DNA of 64,000 nucleotides, taken from contig NIVC01000633.1 of assembly GCA_002269645.1 (NCBI GenBank), positions 186,001 to 250,000 of the forward strand. Reading direction: 5' to 3'. Below the pieces are notes generated by a model, which saw only the letters and a list, made by a program, of their open reading frames with translations, ran no database searches and was not told where the DNA came from. Numbering within the stretch: the stretch's first letter is position 1; each line of letters opens with the position of its first letter. Of this stretch, positions 56,901 to 64,000 are shown in pieces. The translations under genes and the position numbers were made by a program. Source of the stretch: Macrostomum lignano. Lineage: Eukaryota.

Positions 56901-59900
56901 AAATCGTTCAAAAGCCCGTCAGCATCTGGTCAATTTAGGCGAGCTGCAGTGTGGCCAAGGACCAAAAGCTTTGTAGATGCAAGCGAAGCTGAACAGGAGG
57001 ATTGTTTTCACATTCGACATCCCGTTGATAGCTACACCGTGCCTGTTAGGCTCAGACACACGAGCGGGTCGATGCTTAGCGTGAACGCACAAATCGATAC
57101 TGGGGCAGGAGTTTCGGTAATGTCAAAAACGATCTGGAAACGATTGGGTTGTCCAAAGCTGACACCTACAGACACTGTTCTGACAACATACGCTGATACG
57201 CAGATGAAGGTCTTTGGAACACACGACACTGAGTTGGAGTACAATGACGAGTTCATTCCAATCACATTCTTCATTGTGGAATCGCAGAGGAACTTTGTTC
57301 TGGTTGGCCGAGACAAGCTCAATTTCACGCTAAACGCTGTAGACAACAGCTGCACATCGGCAACCCAGTCATGCGAATTTCCACCAGTAACTCTTAAGAT
57401 CAAGGAAGGAACCACTCCAATTCATTGCAAACCCAGGCCGCTACCCTTCGCACTCAGACAGGGAGTCAAGGATGAAATCGATCGGTTGCTTGAAGAAGAC
57501 ACCATCAAGCCCGTCGAGTTCAGTGAATGGGCCTCACCAATTGTCGTGGTCAAGAAACCTTCCGGAAAGCTCAGACTTTGCGTCGACTACAAGGTGACAA
57601 TCAATTCTCATCTTATCAACGATTCATATCCGATGCCTGCACCTGACGAAGTGATTGCAACTGCTGCTGGCAGCCGGATATACACTCGTCTGGACCTAGA
57701 GAAAGCTTATCACCAGATCCCACTAGATGAAGCTTCCAAAGAGCTGACAGTAATGTCAACACCATTTGGGATGTTCGCTTTCAACAAGCTTCCGTTCGGA
57801 GTGAAAACAGCACCTGCGATCTTCCAGCGGTACATTAGCCAAGTCCTACAAGGAATTCCTGGCGTCATTGCCTACGTAGACGACATATTGATATGCGGCA
57901 AAGGCGTAGAACAATTGGCAGTTCGTGAGACGGAAGTATTGCATCGACTAAACCAGCAAGGATTGAAGATCAACACGGCGAAAATTGAATTCCGCAAGAC
58001 TTCGATCAAGTTTCTAGGCTACTTATTGGAAGGAGATCAGCTCAAGCCGGACCCAGCCAAAGTGAAGGCAATCCAGGACATGACACCACCGCAGAACGTT
58101 GGCGAGCTTGAATCCTTCCTGGGTCTCGTAAATTTTAGCGGCAAGTTCATCAGAAACCTAGCTGCACTGACCAAGCCTCTCAATCGACTAAGAAAGAAAA
58201 ATGAGGACTTCGTGTGGACAAAGGAGTGTCAAATAGCATTTGACAAAATCAAGGTCACTCTCTCTGATCAATCGAGTCTTCAAATATTTGATCCGGAGAA
58301 GCCCATTGAACTGGAATGCGACAGTTCTCAGCGAGCTCTGGGCGGAGTGTTGACACAAAGCGGTCAAGTCGTGCTGTACATGAGCAAGACTCTGTCTGAC
58401 GCCGAAACAAAATATTCGTGTCTCGTGTCAGACAACGGCCCTAGTTTTGTGAGCGAAGCGGTGACCGGCTGGCTCACCCAGATTGGCTGTTCGCACATCA
58501 CAACGCCCGCCTACCATCCACAGAGCAACGGCATTGCAGAGCGAATGGTGCGAACCGTCAAAGAGACAATCAAGACCAATGGTTTATCCCAAAGAAGTAT
58601 TGACAGATTTCTACTGTTCTACAGAGCTGCCAAATGGAAGCAGCAAGCATCACCGTCCGAGTTGTTGAACGGCCGGGAACAGAACAAGCTGAGAGAGCAC
58701 AACAGCAACAGACTGAGGTTGGAGTTCAATCCAAGCCGTCACCCAGGCGAAGCGAACGCTTGGCCAAGAAAACTAGAATTTTTTATCGCACCTGAGTGAT
58801 AATTGTACACCTACCTATAGAAGAGGGAGGGTGTTGTGGGTTGATGGCTTTGCCATAGACATTTTTGTTACGCGACTGCGTTGATGAATTGAACCATGCT
58901 ATTGAGTTATGAAATAAATAATAGACGCGTCAGAGGTCAGCAGACCGCTAGACTGACAATTGCTAAAGGCTAAAAGCCAAAAGCACAACAGTGTCCTTGT
59001 GTGTTGGTGTCTTTGTGTGTTGGTGTCCTTGTGTGTTGGTGTCCTTGTGTGTTGGTGTCTTTGTGTGTTGGTGTCCTTGTGTGTTGGTGTCCTTGTGTGT
59101 TGGTGTCCTTGAGTGTTGGTGTCCTTGTGTGTTGGTGTTCTTGTGTGTTGGTGTCCTTGTGTGTTGGTGTCCTTGTGTGTTGGTGTCCTTGTGTGTTGGT
59201 GTCCTTGTGTGTTGGTGTCCTTGTGTGTTGGTGTCCTTGTGTGTTGGTGTCCTTGTGTGTTGGTGTCCTTGTGTGTTGGTGTCTTTGTGTGTTGGTGTCC
59301 TTGTGTGACCCTGTTCTCTATATTGGTGTCCTTGTACTTTAACCTTTATCACTATTCTATATGCTGCTGCTATTGACCTATATTCCTTCTGCCTGCCTGC
59401 TTGAACAGGGTTTTCTATCAGTAGACTTTCCTATTGACTTGCTGCATGCCTTAGCAACCTGGTTATTTACCTTGGATACGCGTGCTTGGATAATTCGCTC
59501 CCATCTCCGCGCCGCTTGGCCGGCAAGACTCACGCCCGAGAGCTGCGCCGCGACCTGCTGTTTGCCGACGCCAAGAATGTGCTCATGCGGGAGCGGCTGG
59601 AAGAGGTGCTGCTGAGTACTTGAGGCTGGTTTGAGCACTGATGGAGGCCTGGATCACAGATGTCACCATTTTTAATTAGTCCATTGCTGTATGATGAAAC
59701 TAGAAAAGTAATATTCAACAATATTCGGTGAATGGATTGCTAATCTAGCCAATCACGGATTACTAGGAATAAAATGGATTGCTAATCTAGCCAATCACGG
59801 ATTACTAGGAATAAAATGGATTGCTAATCTAGCCAATCAAGGAATACTAGGAATAAAATGGATTGCTAATCTAGCCAATCAAGGATTACTAGGAATAAAA

Positions 59901-62900
59901 TGGATTGCTAATCTAGCCAATCAAGGATTACTAGGAATAAAATGGACTGCTAATCTAGCCAATCACGGATTACTAGGAATAAAATGGATTGCTAATCTAG
60001 CCAATCAAGGATTACTAGGAATAAAATGGATTGCTAATCTAGCCAATCACGGATTACTAGGAATAAAATGGATTGCTAATCTAGCCAATCAAGGATTACT
60101 AGGAATAAAATGGATTGCTAGTCTAGCCGATTACGGATTATTAGAAATCGAATTTATTACCAAAGTCCTTATTCACTGTTCTTAGATTTTTTTAATTTCC
60201 TCTGCATTTTATAAGTTTCTTTTTGTGATAAATTTGTATTGGTGTCACATTTTTCTCCATACGCAAGCGGTTTCCTTGCTGTTGTGCTGCTTGACTTTTG
60301 CTTATGCAGAAGCAGTCGCTATAAGCTCCAAGCTCCCTCCCGTCTCTCCAGGTGGCGGATTACCCGCGACTCAAAGAAGAGAACGCAGCTTTGAAACGCG
60401 AAATCGAACTGCTGAATAAGTGAGCGCTGATCAGATGCACTGCTTCCGGCCGCCTGCCTCTTGACCGCCCCTTAACCGGCCCTTAAACGCCCCTTAACCA
60501 CCCCTTAAACGCCTTTTAACCGCCCGTAACTGCCCCTAAGAATCGCTCCTTAACCACCCCTAAGAATTGCGTTTTAACCACCCCTTAACCGCCCCTAAGA
60601 ACCGCCCCTTAACCGCCCCTAAGAATCGCCCTTTAACCGCCCCTTAAACGCCCCTAAGAACCCCCCGTAACCGCCCCTAAGAATCGCCCCTTAACCGCCT
60701 GTAACCGCCCCTAAGAATCGCGACTAAAAACCGCTCCTTAACCGCCCGTAAGAACCGTCCTTAACCTCCCCTTATCCGCCCCTAAGAGTCCCCTTAAGCG
60801 CAGCCGCAGCTCCCCAACAGCAACCCGAACCCCCGCCCCGGTGCCCGCAGCCGCGCCGCCGAACTGCGCATCGAGTGCGAGTCGGAGCGCCAGCGCGCGC
60901 AGCGCACCAGCCAGGACTCAGGCCAGGAGCTTGAGCGCCTGCGGCAGGCGGCCGCTGCCCTGGAGCAGCAGCGGTCGGGCCTCGAGCGGCGGCTGCAGGA
61001 GGAGGCCGCGAACGCCTCCCGATGCCAGTCGGAGGCGGAGGCGGCCCGTCAGGAGGCGGCCGAGCTGCGGCGCCAGCTGACTGCGGCTGAGGAGGCGCTG
61101 GCGGCCGCGGACCGTCAGGCGCAGCTGCTGCAGCTCCGGCAGCTGGCGGGCGGCTCTGCGCAACCGCCGCGAAGCGCCCGAAGCTTCGGCGTTGGCTCGG
61201 CCAGGGTGGCGCCTTCGGAGATCGGCGGTGGAGACGACGACGGCGGCGGTGGCGGCGGCCTCGCCTCCTTTCGGCTGATGACGCCACGAGGGCCGCTGAT
61301 GTCGCACCGCTCCGGCTTCAACGGCGACTATGGCGGAGGCGGCGGCGGCCGCGGCGGTGGCGGCGGTGGCAGTGGCATCGGAAGCGCCGCCAATCTTAAC
61401 GATGACGAAATTGCTGAGACGATGGAGCGGCTGAGGCAGCTGGGTGAGCGGAGGCTGGGTTAATGCGTCCTAATGGGCAGATTGGTGTGCTGTTTGTGGC
61501 AGATTATTGTGCAGTTTCTGGCAGATTGGTGTGCCTGGCAGATTGGTGTGCTGTTTGTGGCAGATTGGTGTGCTGTTTGTGGCAGATTGGTGTGCTGTTT
61601 CTGGCAGATTGGTGTGCTGTTTCTGGCAGATTGGTGTGCTGTTTCTGGCAGATTGGTGTGCTATTTCTGGCAGATTGGTGTGCAGTTTCTGGCAGATTGG
61701 TGTGCAGTTTCTGGCAGATTGGTGTGCAGTTTCTGGCAGATTGGTGTGCTATTTCTGGCAGATTGGTGTGCAGTTTCTGGCAGATTGGTGTGCTGTTTCT
61801 GGCAGATTGGTGTGCAGTTTCTGGCAGATTGGTGTGCAGTTTCTGGCAGATTGGTGTGCAGTTTCTGGCAGATTGGTGTGCTGTTTCTGGCAGATTGGTG
61901 TGCTGTTTCTGGCAGATTGGTGTGCTATTTCTGGCAGATTGGTGTGCAGTTTCTGGCAGATTGGTGTGCTGTTTCTGGCTATGCAGTTAAGTGGCAGTTG
62001 GTGTAGTCAGAGGCAGATTGGTGTGCAGATTTTCCAACCCGCTCTGCAGACGAGGAGGGCGAGTCGCTGAACCAGGCCTACCGCAGCTTCCAGCATCGGC
62101 TGCAGCAGTCAGTTTTCCAGCCTCCGCCGCAGCCTCATCAGCGCCAGCGGCTGCTGCAGTCCAACAGCAACGCGGCCGAGATGGCGCCAGACAATGATGA
62201 GGATGATGATGAGGCGAGTGATTCTCGCTGGTTGCTAGGCAACAGTCAGCGCCGCTTGGTCGGCTCGCCTCCCAACCAAGAGCGCCATCATCAGCTGACG
62301 GGAGACTGGGACTCGCGCCAGTTTGGGTGAGGCTGCCGCTGCATCTCAAGTTTCTCTTTAATATCAGGAAATGCAATACCTGAGTGCGTGCCTGAGGGCT
62401 GCTGTACAACTCCAAGCGTGTGTGTGTGTGTGCGTGTGTGTGTGCGTGTGTGTGTGTGTGCGTGTGTGTGTGTGTGCGTGCGTGTGCACCTGTTCATGTG
62501 CTTGCTCAGTGTGAGGGGAATGAGCAGGCCCACACGCATCCCCATGCCGGATGCAGCTTGACTGCCGACCCTCCTACAAAAACTGACTAACAATTACCAA
62601 TTGCTCAACGATGCTCATAAAAATCCTCGCCGCCCTCCCAATCGCTGATCAGTAGTTGGAGAAGCTCTCAGCAGCAGCAGCAGCAGCAGCACGTGCGGTT
62701 TTCACGCGGCCCGCCGCAGGCACCCAGCAGGTTCGCCAGGCACCCTGGAGAGGGGGTTTATTTGAGCTTGGCGGGGTCGGGCTGTGTGCGGATTTTTATC
62801 ACTGGGTGAAGCTCTGCGCACCAGAAGTTTATTTGCCTCTTGCTGTTGGACTTTCCTGATTCTACCGCTGATTCTCCCATGTTGCTCTCCCAGCGTTTGT

Positions 62901-63630
62901 CAGTTTAGTAGTTTCTGGAGTTGCTCTCGTTCAGTTCGGTCACTTGTGTTTTCATTTTTGTGAGCACTTTTATACCCCAGCTTCACCTTTCCACCCTCAT
63001 GTGATCCCATTTCACCCTCATGTGATCCCATTTCACCCTCATGTGATCCATTCCACCCTCATGTGATCCCATTTCACCCTCATGTGACCCCATTCCAACC
63101 TCATGTGACCCCATTCCACCCTCATGTGACCCCATTCCACCCTCATGTGACCCCATTTCACCCTCATGTGATCCCATTCCACCCTCATGTGACCCCATTC
63201 GACCCTCAATATGATCCCATTACGCCCTTATGTGACCCCAGAGCAACTTTTTATGATCCCTCATATCCCTGATTCCAATTTCCTGACCCAATTCTCCCTC
63301 TCTTCATCGCATCCTTCGCATCCGCACAATCCCAACCGAATGAATCCCCACCTGTCAGGTCGGACCCCGCCAGCATCCCCTACGGCGGCATCAGCCTGGA
63401 CAACCTGGAGAAGCGAGGCGACGCGTCGGTGCAGCGCGGAGAAGGCGGCGGCGGTGGCGGCAGCGGGTTGGACAAAACCGAAGCGGAGGCCGCAAAGCCG
63501 GCGAGCCCCAAGCATCTGGCGGCCGTGACCTTTGACCTCGGGACCGCCAGCAGCGGGAAGTCTTCAACAGCTCAGCAGGAGCAGCAAGAGCAGGAGCAGC
63601 AATCTCAGTTTCCGGAGCAGCCTGACCACG
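50919..63630 (+). CDS. OFD1: OFD1 centriole/centriolar-satellite protein (LisH + coiled coils), incomplete at the window end; exons 50919-51830, 52150-52256, 52812-52931, 55151-55224, 55308-55399, 59528-59605, 60352-60419, 60851-61443, 62050-62326, (62653-62730?), 63359-63630
   Basis: N-terminal VFLALKQRGDVEQLKAHLRKRL and LisH AATLVAEHLRTAGFPYSLSVFVPESGL; coiled coils; ERLRQLDEEGESLNQAYRSF resembles an OFD1 motif. Phases are consistent; the 59528-59605 splice sites are weak and the 62653 exon is tentative. Confidence 0.85.
52325..52758. repeat. 20-bp minisatellite (TGTCCCCTGATCCCCAGTGA), OFD1 intron 2
   Basis: Direct reading. Confidence 0.96.
52975..55090. repeat. ~20-bp purine-rich minisatellite (GGGAGAGAGTGGATAGATAT), OFD1 intron 3
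   Basis: Direct reading. Confidence 0.96.
55607..55826. repeat. 16-bp minisatellite (GTGTTGGTGTCCTTGT), left part, split by the LTR element
   Basis: Direct reading. Confidence 0.93.
55827..58990 (+). mobile_element. Ty3/Gypsy (Mag-like) LTR retrotransposon, 3164 bp, internally deleted; LTRs 55827-55984 and 58832-58990; TSD GTGTC
   Basis: 158/159-bp TG...CA LTRs differing by about 2 substitutions and 1 indel; PBS-like TGGCGTCGGC at 55986; PPT AGAAGAGGGAGGG at 58819-58831; GTGTC at 55822-55826 and 58991-58995. Confidence 0.97.
56013..58799 (+). CDS. Gag-Pol polyprotein (928 aa): Gag with two zinc knuckles, aspartic protease, RT, truncated RNase H fused in frame to a partial integrase
   Basis: CGRCGTMH...C and CNKCGMQNHFATVC; IDTGAG; WASPIVVVKK, RLCVDY, LPFG, YVDD; ECDSS...LSDAETKYS|CLVSDNG...HPQSNGIAERMVRTVK. 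Confidence 0.93.
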   Translation: MPGSTPASPTKGVGKTVSSDKAPPLAISSKSVQATKSATATAQNPSAQVSRGQQVDIEKLDESSNFQRWLDRFTLCSELNGWQDDTKNKLLLMKLSTKLYDALADRAAPKKPGEKSFDELTKLLASILEPKTFVMAERFNFQHITRTASMSIREYAQQLCMQADKCQFGLSRDERLRDQLVFGLNDKVAISKLLEQDFSTLTFETAISIAEAHQNLSQTQILKGCTSQPQSSEVMKISASVARGSHSTSSKCGRCGTMHGSNGGCPAKGKTCNKCGMQNHFATVCKTKSTGFGKGRKSFKSPSASGQFRRAAVWPRTKSFVDASEAEQEDCFHIRHPVDSYTVPVRLRHTSGSMLSVNAQIDTGAGVSVMSKTIWKRLGCPKLTPTDTVLTTYADTQMKVFGTHDTELEYNDEFIPITFFIVESQRNFVLVGRDKLNFTLNAVDNSCTSATQSCEFPPVTLKIKEGTTPIHCKPRPLPFALRQGVKDEIDRLLEEDTIKPVEFSEWASPIVVVKKPSGKLRLCVDYKVTINSHLINDSYPMPAPDEVIATAAGSRIYTRLDLEKAYHQIPLDEASKELTVMSTPFGMFAFNKLPFGVKTAPAIFQRYISQVLQGIPGVIAYVDDILICGKGVEQLAVRETEVLHRLNQQGLKINTAKIEFRKTSIKFLGYLLEGDQLKPDPAKVKAIQDMTPPQNVGELESFLGLVNFSGKFIRNLAALTKPLNRLRKKNEDFVWTKECQIAFDKIKVTLSDQSSLQIFDPEKPIELECDSSQRALGGVLTQSGQVVLYMSKTLSDAETKYSCLVSDNGPSFVSEAVTGWLTQIGCSHITTPAYHPQSNGIAERMVRTVKETIKTNGLSQRSIDRFLLFYRAAKWKQQASPSELLNGREQNKLREHNSNRLRLEFNPSRHPGEANAWPRKLEFFIAPE
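58991..59306. repeat. 16-bp minisatellite (GTGTTGGTGTCCTTGT), right part
   Basis: Direct reading. Confidence 0.93.
59712..60140. repeat. 42-bp minisatellite (ATGGATTGCTAATCTAGCCAATCACGGATTACTAGGAATAAA), ~9-10 copies
   Basis: Direct reading. Confidence 0.95.
60465..60795. repeat. Degenerate repeat (TTAACCGCCCCTAAGAATCGCCC)
   Basis: Direct reading. Confidence 0.8.
61478..62030. repeat. 22-bp minisatellite (CTGGCAGATTGGTGTGCTGTTT)
   Basis: Direct reading. Confidence 0.95.
62417..62486. repeat. (TG)n/(TGCG) microsatellite
   Basis: Direct reading. Confidence 0.9.
62990..63215. repeat. 21-bp minisatellite (CCCTCATGTGACCCCATTCCA)
   Basis: Direct reading. Confidence 0.92.
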
Positions 63631-63639
63631 GTAGGCGTG

Positions 63640-64000
63640 ACACCCACCCCACCCTCCGCCAGTGAACTACTCAGACTCAAACCCCCACCCTCCATCAGTG
63701 AACTACTCAGGCACTCACCCCACCCTCCGCCAGTGAACTACTCAGACACCCACCCCACCCTCCGCCAGTGAACTACTCAGACACCCACCCCACCCTCCGC
63801 CAGTGAACTACTCAGACACCCACCCCACCCTCCGCCAGTGAACTACTCAGACACCCACCCCACCCTCCACCAGTGAACTACTCAGATACCCACCCAACCC
63901 TCCGCCAGTGAACTACTCAGACACCCACCTCACCCTCCGCCAGTGAACTACTCAGACACCCACCCCACCCTCCGCCAGTGAACTACTCCGGCCACACCTC
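63640..64000. repeat. 35-bp minisatellite (CCACCCTCCGCCAGTGAACTACTCAGACACCCACC), runs off the window
   Basis: Direct reading. Confidence 0.93.

Noticed and set aside
56013-58799. Domesticated host gene derived from Gag-Pol
   Set aside because: Flanked by near-identical LTRs, PBS, PPT and TSD, which indicates a recent transposon insertion.

Overview
Eukaryotic (metazoan) genomic DNA. GC-rich exons with Ala/Gln/Gly runs are separated by introns that mostly carry their own distinct minisatellite. This style resembles the flatworm Macrostomum lignano, which is my inference and was not verified. By hand-joining exons at splice sites with consistent reading phase I find the following genes. (1) The last coding exon of an unidentified + gene (2-259). 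(2) A 9-exon, 823-aa minus-strand gene with a signal peptide, a cadherin-like/NC region, a (GGS/T)13 linker and EGF-LamG-EGF-LamG-EGF modules, but no visible transmembrane segment (6928-16663). (3) WDR53 (-). (4) MMGT1/EMC5 (-), whose stop lies only 103 nt upstream of the WDR53 ATG. (5) An intronless gluconokinase, IDNK (+). (6) ABHD13 (+). (7) An ERK1/2-type MAPK with TEY (-). (8) OFD1 (+), which runs off the window. Mobile DNA comprises a young Gypsy LTR element with an in-frame internal deletion inside an OFD1 intron, a long-TIR mariner derivative, a MITE, tRNA-derived SINE copies and a possible HINE. Two AT-rich, satellite-free islands sit at the two head-to-head gene pairs. Most long ORFs in the supplied track are translations of minisatellites and are rejected. 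All coordinates were read by eye; repeat boundaries are approximate (about +/-10 bp).
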